Positions 9,776-21,601 of a DNA stretch of 24,000 bases are shown here, one piece after another. The position numbers and the translations under genes were made by a program. This stretch comes from Methanobacterium petrolearium (GTDB lineage: Archaea > Methanobacteriota > Methanobacteria > Methanobacteriales > Methanobacteriaceae). The DNA lies in assembly GCF_017873625.1 (NCBI RefSeq), contig NZ_JAGGKL010000001.1, positions 388,284 to 412,283 of the forward strand. The letters run 5' to 3'. Numbering within the stretch: position 1 is the stretch's first letter; each line of letters opens with the position of its first letter. Under the pieces are notes generated by a model. It ran no database searches, had not been told where the DNA came from, and saw nothing but the letters and a program-made list of their open reading frames with translations.

Positions 9776-9890
9776 ACTTGTGGTTACTGCCAAAGAAAAA
9801 AAAGTTTTATTCATTAATTGATAAATATTCACATAGCCTTAATTTCTAAAATATACTTAATTCAATTATAAGAGATTAATGGTGGGTTTA

Positions 9891-10193
9891 ATGGTTTCTA
9901 ATGATGAAATAAAAAGAAAACTAGCTGAAAAACGGAATCCAGGCGTTAAAAAGAGTCCAAGCAGTGAAAATTTAGCTGCAGATAGGACGCTTTCAAGTGA
10001 AGAACTCAAGGATAAATTCAGGAAACAAAGAGAGAAACAAAAAGACCTTAAACACGAAAATCCTGGTTATTTAATTTGTGAAAAGTGTGGGGGTTACTAT
10101 GAATTACAACCTGGAGAGTCTCCAGATGATTTTACTGATGAATGTGAATGTGGGGGAAAACTTGAATATGTAAAAACTTTAAAAACCAGTTAA
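9891..10193 (+). CDS. Small zinc-ribbon protein with a Lys/Glu-rich N-terminal half (hypothetical)
   Basis: C-terminal [27 protein letters not shown] (CxxC...CxC). The ORF opens at ATG 9879, but ATG 9891 has GGTGGG 4-5 nt upstream. A TATA-like aaaatatac sits at about 9848-9856. Confidence 0.5.
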   Translation: MVSNDEIKRKLAEKRNPGVKKSPSSENLAADRTLSSEELKDKFRKQREKQKDLKHENPGYLICEKCGGYYELQPGESPDDFTDECECGGKLEYVKTLKTS

Positions 10194-10461
10194 AAACCAT
10201 TAAATCTTAAAAAAGGAATGCAAAAAAATCATGCCCAATAAAACAACTGTTTGGATAGGATAAATGATTTAACATCAACAGATTTTTTTGTACGTGGAAA
10301 AGAACCAAATTTATAAATTGGCTATTTGAACTTGAGAATGGTCTTGAACAAAAAAACTCTTAAATAGCCTACATTACATATATCCTTAATAGAAAATTCG
10401 TTTTATTTATTTCAAAATTAACCCACATGCAAATATCTTTATCAAAATAACAAGTGATATA

Positions 10462-11583
10462 TTGAAACAGAACAACATAACTCCTGATCCAATAGTATCT
10501 GAAAAAAAGACTTCCACAGGTATAGAAGACACGGGAAAAGAAGCTAAAATGGTTGTACTTCAATCAATTGGATATCCTTTTCTGTGCAATCTGGTGGAAA
10601 ATCCTAAAATAGAAATATTCGACAACGAACTTTTTGAGTTGTATGCCCGTGAGCAATGGATAGGTTACAAGGTGGAGGAAGGATCTTTCCTTTTTGACCA
10701 GAAGTTACTGCCTGATTTTGCATTTAAAGTAATTAAAACTCATCCAGACAACTCTAGAATAACTAAAAATACTTCCATACTTCTTATGGAAGTAGAAGAA
10801 GTTCGTGAAGTTAAAAAGATTGAAAGTAACCTGAAAATGACCGATGTCATTGGTCAGGAAAGAGCCAAGACCAAGTGCAAGATCATAACCCGTTACCTGC
10901 AGGAACCAGAGAGTTTCCAGGAATGGGCACCCAAAAACGTTTTATTCCATGGTACTCCAGGTACTGGGAAGACAATGTTGGCCAAATCATTATCTAATGA
11001 ACTTCAGGTCCCTCTTTTCCTGGTTAAGGCCACCAGCCTCATAGGGGAACATGTAGGGGATGGAGCGCGTCAGATACATGATCTGTTCGATGCTGCAGCA
11101 GCTTGTGCCCCGGCAGTTATTTTCATTGATGAGATAGATGCAATTGGCCTTGACCGGCGGTACCAGTCCCTTAGAGGGGATGTTTCAGAGGTGGTGAACG
11201 CCCTATTAACTGAGATGGATGGTATCAACTCTAATCTTGGTGTAGTGACTATCGGAGCTACTAACAATCCTCAATTACTCGATTACGCTCTAAGGAGCAG
11301 ATTCGAAGAGGAAATCGAATTTGTTCTCCCTGATGAAGAAGAAAGAAGAGCAATACTAGAAATGTACGTTAAATCCATGCCACTTCCTGTTGCTGCAGAT
11401 GTTAAAAAACTGGTCTCGTTATCCAAGGGAATGTCAGGCAGAGATATCAAAGACCGTTTGCTGAAAGTGGCATTGCACAAAGCCATATCAGAGGACCAGG
11501 ATGTTGTAACCTGGGATAACTTCCTTTATGCCTTAAAACATCATGAAAAAGAGAAGAATGAACCGAAGGACATGTTTGCCTGA
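10462..11583 (+). CDS. AAA+ ATPase, single AAA module with an N-terminal substrate-recognition-like domain (CDC48/FtsH-type AAA clade)
   Basis: Walker [14 protein letters not shown], Walker [13 protein letters not shown], second region of homology [17 protein letters not shown], and a lid with GMSGRDI. The start is ambiguous between TTG 10462 (AGTGAT 4 nt upstream) and ATG 10549 ([11 protein letters not shown]). Confidence 0.85.
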   Translation: MKQNNITPDPIVSEKKTSTGIEDTGKEAKMVVLQSIGYPFLCNLVENPKIEIFDNELFELYAREQWIGYKVEEGSFLFDQKLLPDFAFKVIKTHPDNSRITKNTSILLMEVEEVREVKKIESNLKMTDVIGQERAKTKCKIITRYLQEPESFQEWAPKNVLFHGTPGTGKTMLAKSLSNELQVPLFLVKATSLIGEHVGDGARQIHDLFDAAAACAPAVIFIDEIDAIGLDRRYQSLRGDVSEVVNALLTEMDGINSNLGVVTIGATNNPQLLDYALRSRFEEEIEFVLPDEEERRAILEMYVKSMPLPVAADVKKLVSLSKGMSGRDIKDRLLKVALHKAISEDQDVVTWDNFLYALKHHEKEKNEPKDMFA

Positions 11584-11658
11584 TTATTCCTTAATTTTTT
11601 AATTTTAAAAAAGTGAATATTTTTTTAAAATGTTTCACATTACACTAAAGGTGTTATA

Positions 11659-12414
11659 ATGGGAATAAATTCTTTTTTTAAAGATGCCATACTCTACACT
11701 ACTTCAGACTGGCGTAATGTTCTTTTTTTAGGTGTGATATTATTCTTAACTGATTATATTGTGGATTTAAATACTCCATCAATTATTGAAGAATTTCCTT
11801 ATCTTGTAATACTCGCAGTGGTAATATTTTTATCCCTGGTTGAGGTGGGTTATGGTTTTCGTATAGTGGAGGAAACAGTGAAGGGATCACATAAACCACC
11901 TAGTTTCCACCATCCTTGGGATTTGTTCTGGCATGGAGTCAAAGAGAGCATTATATTATTGATATATTTTGTTATACCGTTAATCCTAGTTGTAATGGGA
12001 ATTTATGAGTTTGAACTATTTTTTGGTCTTGATTTCAGTTTTTTGACCATGGGATGCTATTTAGTAATTGGAATAATATTTTTCTTGTTTTTTAATGTAA
12101 TGTTTCAGGGTGCGGTTTTAAACATGGCCCATCATGGGGGTAGTATAGCTTCAGGGTTTGATATTCCCAGTATTTTTAGAAAGATTAGAATGGTTAAGTT
12201 GAAAAACATGCTTTTTATTTCATTTATAACCATAATAACTCTTTATATAGTTAAACAGGCCATTTTCGACACTCTACATGCCTTACCCTATATGTTGCCC
12301 TATATTAATATTTCTGTGGGGGATGTTGTTTCCACAGTTATTGTAGCTCCATTCCTGACGATATTCACCGCCCGTTTATTAGGGCTGATTGATGTGGAAG
12401 ATAATTTAAATTAG
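11659..12414 (+). CDS. Polytopic membrane protein, DUF4013-like
   Basis: RBS aAAGGTGttataATG. The N-terminus FFKDAILYTTSDWRNVLFLGVILFL resembles the archaeal DUF4013 family, and 5-6 hydrophobic helices follow. Confidence 0.6.
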   Translation: MGINSFFKDAILYTTSDWRNVLFLGVILFLTDYIVDLNTPSIIEEFPYLVILAVVIFLSLVEVGYGFRIVEETVKGSHKPPSFHHPWDLFWHGVKESIILLIYFVIPLILVVMGIYEFELFFGLDFSFLTMGCYLVIGIIFFLFFNVMFQGAVLNMAHHGGSIASGFDIPSIFRKIRMVKLKNMLFISFITIITLYIVKQAIFDTLHALPYMLPYINISVGDVVSTVIVAPFLTIFTARLLGLIDVEDNLN

Positions 12415-12442
12415 GGCTCATTGATGTGGAGGATAATTTAAA
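12379..12442. repeat. 32-nt tandem duplication spanning the stop codon of the DUF4013-like gene
   Basis: Copy 1 (12379-12410) is ttagggctgattgatgtggaagataatttaaa and copy 2 (12411-12442) is ttagggctcattgatgtggaggataatttaaa, with 2 mismatches. Confidence 0.9.
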
Positions 12443-12497
12443 CTAATCCAATATATTTATGGAAAAAATCAGTTTCAGTAAAAAGTTCAACAGATAA

Positions 12498-13691
12498 TTA
12501 AGTTTTGTTTTTAAAAAGGTACTTAGCAGAGTTTATAACCTCTGTATCATCATTTTCTGCGGCTTCCTTTAGATTATGTATGATGTTATAAAACACACGA
12601 TCCACCACTACTTTGGTAAGATGATCTACAACCTTCTCCTTACCATTCATATCTCCCAACATGTGGTAAGCTTTCTCTGTTTCTCGTAATCGGATGATCT
12701 CAGCCTGGCTTCTTATATTGGCAATGATAGGTTCTACTTCCAAGTGTTGAAGGGATTTCTCCAGAAGGTCTAACTCTTCAGCAACAATTTTTTCAGCTTT
12801 TTTAGCCTCAGATTGCCGCTTTTTTTTGTTATTATCGGCTATTCCTCTTAAATCATCTATGTTATAAAGTTTAACTCCCAAATCTTCAACGTCCTCTTCA
12901 ATGTCTCGAGGATTGGCTATATCCACCATAACCATCTTTTCCAGATTTTCAGGTGGAACAGCTACATTTACCTTTTCGCGGGTGAGTATAGCGTGTGGTG
13001 CTCCAGTTGCACTTATAACTACGTCCGCATCTGATATTGCTCTGGCCAGGCGGTCAAAACGGATTGCATCGCCTCCCAGTTCTTTAGCCAGGCAAACCGC
13101 ACGATCATAGGTTCGGTTAGCTACCACAATTGCTTTAAGATGTTTTTCTACCAGGGCTTTGGCTACCAGTGTCCCCATTTTACCAGCACCGATAATCAGC
13201 ACTTTTTTACATTTAAGATCACCAAGAACTGATTCAGCGAGATTCACTGCTGCAGAACCAATGGAAACTGAACCCTGATTAATCTGTGTCTTTTTACGTA
13301 CTACCTGCCCCACGTGTGTGGCTTTGGTGAAAACATTATCTAAAACAGGGCCACAATGGCCTTTCTTAACGCTAACTTTGTGAGCATCCTTGAGTTGGCC
13401 GAGTATTTGATCTTCTCCGATGATCATGGATTCCAATCCGCACGAAAGTTTCAAAACGTGTTCAAGGGCTTTTTCATCCTTTTCAACAACTAATCCTCCC
13501 CACTGATAATGTAGGGGGGCTTCATCCAGGACCATGTAAATCTCAGCACGGTTGCAAGTTTTTACCTGAACATACTCCTGCACTTGATGATCGTGTTGAA
13601 TATTCGCGAATATTTCATCCATATTCCGGGTGGACTCTTCTATTTTATTAATATCCGCGGTTTTATGGTCGATTCGGATGTTAAGAATCAT
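12498..13691 (-). CDS. hemA: Glutamyl-tRNA reductase
   Basis: Catalytic-Cys motif [17 protein letters not shown] Rossmann motif [17 protein letters not shown], and a long C-terminal dimerisation helix. RBS GGAGGAttacagtattATG. Confidence 0.95.
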   Translation of the reverse strand: MILNIRIDHKTADINKIEESTRNMDEIFANIQHDHQVQEYVQVKTCNRAEIYMVLDEAPLHYQWGGLVVEKDEKALEHVLKLSCGLESMIIGEDQILGQLKDAHKVSVKKGHCGPVLDNVFTKATHVGQVVRKKTQINQGSVSIGSAAVNLAESVLGDLKCKKVLIIGAGKMGTLVAKALVEKHLKAIVVANRTYDRAVCLAKELGGDAIRFDRLARAISDADVVISATGAPHAILTREKVNVAVPPENLEKMVMVDIANPRDIEEDVEDLGVKLYNIDDLRGIADNNKKKRQSEAKKAEKIVAEELDLLEKSLQHLEVEPIIANIRSQAEIIRLRETEKAYHMLGDMNGKEKVVDHLTKVVVDRVFYNIIHNLKEAAENDDTEVINSAKYLFKNKT

Positions 13692-13802
13692 AATACTGTA
13701 ATCCTCCAGATCTTGGATACATGGGTTAATATTATTATTCTAATTAATATTATTTAGGTTAATGGAATTTATATTTCTTGGGGGTGATTTTTTTTAATTA
13801 GG

Positions 13803-14423
13803 TTAATGCAGGTTTTCCAGAACTTGAGTAATGTAGGATTGAGCTTGTTCCACTTTACCGTTATCTAAAAGTTCATTTATTTTTTTATCATTTAATATTT
13901 GGTATAAATAATCACGACGTTTCTTCTGATCTTCCACTTTTTCTTTCAGTAACTGACGGGTGAAATGCTGCAACTCCAGTTGAAGAATATCTTTTTTATT
14001 AACTACTGATTGAATACGTTTTCTTAATTCTTTGGCCATGAGAGGACTTTTTCCCTGGGTGAATATGGAAAACTGAACATCTCCAATAAAAAATGATGAT
14101 GGAACAATTAAATTTCCCTCTTCAGGATGGTCGGCTCTGTTTATAAGTTTGTCCTTGGATAGAGAACTTACTTCCTGGTTTAGTTGTGTATCGCCACTGG
14201 CCACCACCACCAGGTCAGCCCAATCTGCCCACTTTGAAAGTTCTTTGCGTGGTTTATAGATAGCTCCTAATTCTTCAAGCTGGTTTGAAACATGGCCAGA
14301 GCTGATTACTACGTTGGCGCCTGATTGAAGAAAACGACGTGCTCTTCTTTCACCAACTTCTCCTGACCCCACCACAAGCACATTTTTATCCTGCATATCT
14401 AAGTAGAGGGGAGTCCATCCCAT
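13803..14423 (-). CDS. sirC: Precorrin-2 dehydrogenase / sirohydrochlorin ferrochelatase (SirC/CysG N-terminal-domain type)
   Basis: N-terminal Rossmann motif [27 protein letters not shown], 206 aa long. RBS GGCGGAGGcatagtATG lies 14 nt after the stop of the upstream gene. Confidence 0.85.
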   Translation of the reverse strand: MGWTPLYLDMQDKNVLVVGSGEVGERRARRFLQSGANVVISSGHVSNQLEELGAIYKPRKELSKWADWADLVVVASGDTQLNQEVSSLSKDKLINRADHPEEGNLIVPSSFFIGDVQFSIFTQGKSPLMAKELRKRIQSVVNKKDILQLELQHFTRQLLKEKVEDQKKRRDYLYQILNDKKINELLDNGKVEQAQSYITQVLENLH

Positions 14424-14437
14424 ACTATGCCTCCGCC

Positions 14438-14914
14438 CTATAATTCTAGATTTTTCATTCTAAGAACCTTAATAGCAGTTTTAATATCATTACCGCATTC
14501 AGAAAGGACCTGGGATGCTTCATCAGTGGACACATTAAAGGTCTCAGAAAGGGCTTTTATGTTGGTTTCGTTGTCTGCTGGTTCATGGCCTACCAGTTCT
14601 TCAGATAGCTGGTGTTTTAAGTCCATGTATTCATCAGTGCTCATTCCAATCCGGCGTAACACCATATCTCGTAGTGGACATGGTTTGGAAGGTTTACAAC
14701 ACCAGACCAGGGAGCCAAAACAGGTTCCTTCACCTTCTCCAAGTCGGGTTTTTTTTCCAAAATTCTCTTTAATTTCAACATACTCCTGAGCACTGATCCC
14801 TGCATCTTCAAGGGCAAATGCAATGGGACAGGGTTTAACAGGTGGACAACAAAATGCCATTGCTCTTTTATCTCCCCCTCTACATACGTGTGATGGTGCA
14901 TCTTCCCATGCCAT
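14438..14914 (-). CDS. Methanogenesis marker domain 9 protein (COG4008-like) with a UBA/NAC-like C-terminal tail
   Basis: Two copies of the [FW]CCxxxKPCP[IL] motif ([22 protein letters not shown]) are each followed by G[IM]Sx2EY[VM][ED][IL]K. The tail [29 protein letters not shown] is UBA-like. Its ATG sits 1 nt after the atwA stop, with the RBS AAAGGAGG inside the end of atwA. Confidence 0.75.
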   Translation of the reverse strand: MAWEDAPSHVCRGGDKRAMAFCCPPVKPCPIAFALEDAGISAQEYVEIKENFGKKTRLGEGEGTCFGSLVWCCKPSKPCPLRDMVLRRIGMSTDEYMDLKHQLSEELVGHEPADNETNIKALSETFNVSTDEASQVLSECGNDIKTAIKVLRMKNLEL

Positions 14915-14915
14915 T

Positions 14916-16511
<1,596 letters not shown>

Positions 16512-16673
16512 TTAACCACCTGTTCCGCAGATAACTAACATTGATGAGTTAACTTCATAGATGAACTTTATCTCTTTTTTATTTGATCATTACGGTTATT
16601 AGATTATTTTTGATCAATAGTTTTTATTTTATATGATTTTATATTAAAAATTTTATATTGAAATTATCAACTG

Positions 16674-17423
16674 CTAAATTTGGGTTAGATCAAAGGACAA
16701 TGTTCCTCCAATGGCTGCCCTGGCAATTGATATTCCATCAGCTCCAGAAGCCAACATTTTTCTTGCAGATTCGAGATTTTTGATGGAATTGTTGCCTATA
16801 ATGAACAGGGAAGTTTCCTGGCGGATTTTTTTTATTAGATCATAGTCAGCATGGTCAAAACCAGGTTTCATGGCATCAACATGAACATAATCTGATTTTG
16901 CATGTTCTATGGCAGTTATTATCTTAGAAATGTCAACATCAGGCACGTTGGCTCTTATTTTCACCGAAACCTGACTTTTTGCCTTTTTTGTAACTTCTCT
17001 GACAAATTTTTCTAGATGAGAAGGATTATTTAACAGTTCCTGGCCACAACCAAGATCAGTTATCTCTGGCTGTCGACAGTGAGCATTAATTTCCACCACA
17101 TCCACAGTTTTAAGCTTAGATATTTCTATAATTGGTTCAGGCATAATTGAACGAAGGTTAACTGAGATCATGCCATTCCAGAAATCTTGATCATTAATTA
17201 GAACCGTCTGTTCTTGGATGTGGTTAATGAATTCTTCTTCAGCAACATCGAATTCAGGCCTTCCACGGGCTAGAATTTTCTGTCCGGCATTTATGGTGGC
17301 TGCATCAACATTGTAACCTCCTAAGGTTACCATGTCAAACCCGTAAGTTAGAAGACCCCGGCAAAATGTGCCATCAGTAATGCCTGCCATGGGAGCTAGG
17401 ACTTCAATGTAGATACACTCCAC
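16674..17423 (-). CDS. Dus/NifR3-related FMN-type TIM-barrel protein (archaeal short form, function unknown)
   Basis: Dus-like N-terminus [14 protein letters not shown], then [10 protein letters not shown]...GCGQELL (compare DINxGCP...GxGxALL of Dus), [14 protein letters not shown] and [13 protein letters not shown]. It uses a GTG start with no clear SD. It sits next to GTP cyclohydrolase III, as I recall for MJ0144/MJ0145. Confidence 0.6.
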   Translation of the reverse strand: MECIYIEVLAPMAGITDGTFCRGLLTYGFDMVTLGGYNVDAATINAGQKILARGRPEFDVAEEEFINHIQEQTVLINDQDFWNGMISVNLRSIMPEPIIEISKLKTVDVVEINAHCRQPEITDLGCGQELLNNPSHLEKFVREVTKKAKSQVSVKIRANVPDVDISKIITAIEHAKSDYVHVDAMKPGFDHADYDLIKKIRQETSLFIIGNNSIKNLESARKMLASGADGISIARAAIGGTLSFDLTQI

Positions 17424-17606
17424 TTATTAAATCAAATCAATCAATTTGTATTTCAATTTAAAATATAATTCAGTATTATCTAGTTCAATATTATTTGATA
17501 TAATAGCTAGCATTAAATCCATTGATACAACCCGACGTTGATCAATTAATTAGGTGGCAATGCTAACTAATAATCAATTTAAAAGTTTTCAAGGATTTAA
17601 AGCTAA

Positions 17607-19263
<1,657 letters not shown>

Positions 19264-19287
19264 TATCAGTTCAGGATGTATTGATTA

Positions 19288-19440
19288 TCAGATCTGGTGT
19301 ACGTTGAGTTCTCTCAACAGACGATCTCTTTCAATTTTTAATTTTTCCAGCACAACAGGATCACATGATTCCTTCTTTTCAAGATATGCAATTGTGGTGG
19401 TTATAGCTTCTAACTGGGTTTCCATCTGATTGACAGGCAT
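19288..19440 (-). CDS. Candidate 50-aa helical mini-protein upstream of cofD (absent from the ORF track)
   Basis: The minus strand reads ATG CCT GTC ... CAG ATC TGA, giving [59 protein letters not shown] box lies 24 nt upstream of the ATG, which implies a leaderless start. No family recognised. Confidence 0.3.
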   Translation of the reverse strand: MPVNQMETQLEAITTTIAYLEKKESCDPVVLEKLKIERDRLLRELNVHQI

Positions 19441-19464
19441 ATAGATCAACTCATTAAACAACTA

Positions 19465-19472
19465 TTATATAA
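19465..19472 (-). promoter_or_regulatory. Candidate TATA box for the mini-ORF/cofD/gch3 transcript
   Basis: TTATATAA, with its downstream edge 24 nt from ATG 19440, so the predicted TSS is at or next to that ATG. Confidence 0.4.
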
Positions 19473-19570
19473 TCAAGCAAATAATCTTTTAATCTTTTTT
19501 TTATTTTTAAAGATTTCATTCAAGTTTATATCCTGGCCAAGAATTTAGCCATTATCACAGCTATAACAAT

Positions 19571-20335
19571 TCAATCACGGAAAACATCATACTTTTTTGG
19601 TCTGATCAATGGTTTAATCGTGGCAGAATCGTTTATAAGCTTTTGGAAGTATTGGATGCCTCTGATGATGACTACAGGCATTCCTTCATCTGCTTGCCCC
19701 ATTACCAGGGATGCAGCTGAAGATAACTCATCAGCCACTGCTATGCTAGTAGTTTTAAGTTCTCTTCCGTATAGATCATGTTCACCGCAACGATCCCAAA
19801 GTGGTTCCATTCCAGAAATACCTATGGCGGTACCAATGGCACCTTCACGGAATGCCCTTCCCTGAGTATCAGATATTATGACTGCAATTCTTTTCCCAAT
19901 CTTTTTTTCTATTTTTTCCCTTATCTGTTGGGCACTGTAATCTGGATTCACAGGAATAGGGGTTGCCATTCCATCATCCACATTAGATTCATCAATACCC
20001 GCATTGGCGCAAACAAAACCATGTTTTGTTTCAGAAATAATGAAGTCAGGACCCACCTTAATGATTTCATTAGATTCATCAATTATGGCTTCAACAATTT
20101 CAACATCTTTTCCAGTCTGTTTGGCCAGTTGATGGGCTTGTTTTCCAGGTTCCATAGTCTTCAGATGAATTACGTTGCCTTCAGCCTTGGCCACTGCGGT
20201 TTCGGCAATGACCAGGATATCTTCGTCATCCAGCAGAATATCATGATTTCTTGATGCATGAAGAATAAGTTCTGATAGGTCATCTCCCTTTCGTATAAGG
20301 GGGATACCTTTTATGCCGATGATTTTAATTTCCAT
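19571..20335 (-). CDS. cofE: Coenzyme F420-0:L-glutamate ligase
   Basis: [14 protein letters not shown] motif, [26 protein letters not shown], 254 aa long. Confidence 0.9.
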   Translation of the reverse strand: MEIKIIGIKGIPLIRKGDDLSELILHASRNHDILLDDEDILVIAETAVAKAEGNVIHLKTMEPGKQAHQLAKQTGKDVEIVEAIIDESNEIIKVGPDFIISETKHGFVCANAGIDESNVDDGMATPIPVNPDYSAQQIREKIEKKIGKRIAVIISDTQGRAFREGAIGTAIGISGMEPLWDRCGEHDLYGRELKTTSIAVADELSSAASLVMGQADEGMPVVIIRGIQYFQKLINDSATIKPLIRPKKYDVFRD

Positions 20336-20393
20336 GGTTGTACCGGATCCTAGGTTTAAAAAAAATTGAAATATGAATTAGTTATTTTGTGGA

Positions 20394-20996
20394 TTAGATT
20401 GAAACTAATTCCCATTTTTCTTTTCCAAATCCTGCGGCAGAAGTAACAGGATTGGCAAATTCAGCGAATTTTCCTCCGTCCATTATGAATTGAGCAGCTT
20501 CAGATGCACTGCTAGCAGTAAATTCCACTGTTTCGGGTTGAACATGTTCATAAACAGCAATGTAACATGATTCACCAGCAGGTACCTTCTCTACCGTAAC
20601 TTTTTCATGGGTAATGATGCCTATGTATGATTCTCCATCAAGAGTGGTTGCCCCTGCAATTCTGGGGGTGTTAAAATCATCTTTTTCATAGTCCATAGTC
20701 AGGAGAGAAAGTGTTATAGAATCTCTGATGCTCATACCTGATGCGATTTTTTCAGCTATAACATCAGTGTGTGATCCGTTGGAAACCACCGCCACATCCC
20801 CTACTATTTGTATGCAGTTGTAGGCTATGTATGGATTTTCAAAAACATCTTTTTCATGTCCTTCCTTAGGAACTACAGCCACTCTTTCAGGGAATGTACG
20901 GGTAATTCGGTTGGGAAAAGAACGACTGGAAACACGATAAGCAACAAAATTGCCTGTTTTATTACTTCCAACTGCTAACATTCTTCCAAGATACAT
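20394..20996 (-). CDS. purO: Archaeal IMP cyclohydrolase
   Basis: The N-terminus [10 protein letters not shown] and the 200-aa length are typical of the PurO family. RBS aAAGGTGAtttaATG. Confidence 0.85.
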   Translation of the reverse strand: MYLGRMLAVGSNKTGNFVAYRVSSRSFPNRITRTFPERVAVVPKEGHEKDVFENPYIAYNCIQIVGDVAVVSNGSHTDVIAEKIASGMSIRDSITLSLLTMDYEKDDFNTPRIAGATTLDGESYIGIITHEKVTVEKVPAGESCYIAVYEHVQPETVEFTASSASEAAQFIMDGGKFAEFANPVTSAAGFGKEKWELVSI

Positions 20997-21041
20997 TAAA
21001 TCACCTTTTTTGTAATGAATACGATAGTTTCAGTAAAATAA

Positions 21042-21074
21042 TTCTTTAGTAACTGCAAATACTTCTTTAGTAAC
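21042..21074 (-). promoter_or_regulatory. Two 12-nt direct repeats upstream of the purO TATA-like element
   Basis: The + strand has ttctttagtaac at 21042-21053 and 21063-21074 (minus strand GTTACTAAAGAA, 21-nt period). The proximal copy abuts TTATTTTA (21034-21041), which lies about 37 nt upstream of the purO ATG. Confidence 0.35.
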
Positions 21075-21102
21075 GTTCTTAGGAAGTATAGGGTATGTGA
21101 TG

Positions 21103-21498
21103 TTAATTTTGGGGAATACTGACAGCATCCTCTGGACTCATACCTGCAGGGGTGGTGATGATAATGGTTCCCTTCTTGGGTTGAATAATGATCTCTCCTT
21201 CATCAATCACTCTGGTGTGCACTGCAATGGCACTGTCACGAATGTAACTGGACATGTCCACTCCATCAACCATTACTTTTTCAAGTCCTGCAACTGGTAT
21301 AAGATAATATTCTGAGCTGCCACTGGAATCAGTTACCTCTGGTTTCCCACTACTCCCATTATCGGAAGCAGCCTGGAAAGTGCTGGTAACCATTAAAAAT
21401 ATGAGAATAGTAAAAATCACATCAATTAAAGGGACTAAATTAACTCTAGCCTGTTTACTACGTAATTTCCGCCGATAACTCTGGGTATTAATGGCCAT
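21103..21498 (-). CDS. exbD: ExbD/TolR-family protein
   Basis: A basic N-terminus is followed by a single TM helix with the conserved Asp (RVNLVPLIDVIFTILIFLMVTSTF), a Ser/Gly linker and a C-terminal beta-rich domain. The ORF opens at 21525, but ATG 21498 (MAINTQ) has AAGGGG 6 nt upstream. Confidence 0.75.
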   Translation of the reverse strand: MAINTQSYRRKLRSKQARVNLVPLIDVIFTILIFLMVTSTFQAASDNGSSGKPEVTDSSGSSEYYLIPVAGLEKVMVDGVDMSSYIRDSAIAVHTRVIDEGEIIIQPKKGTIIITTPAGMSPEDAVSIPQN

Positions 21499-21601
21499 GT
21501 TTTTTCCCCTTAAACTCTTTATCATTCTGTTTGATTAATTATTTAGTCAATTAATAATCAATTAATATATTTTAGTTAAGTAATGATTTTCATTATTTAT
21601 T

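Noticed and set aside
10320-10369. Inverted repeat GGCTATTT...AAATAGCC (34-nt loop with two TTGAAC copies) in the 355-nt spacer before the AAA ATPase gene
   Set aside because: It could be an sRNA, a terminator or a binding site, but there is no flanking promoter or terminator signal I can defend and the loop is large. I cannot judge its conservation, so it is noted but not called.
16552-16570. Imperfect palindrome ACTTCAT-AG-ATGAACT upstream of atwA
   Set aside because: It has one mismatch, short arms and an AT-rich context. The evidence for an operator is insufficient.
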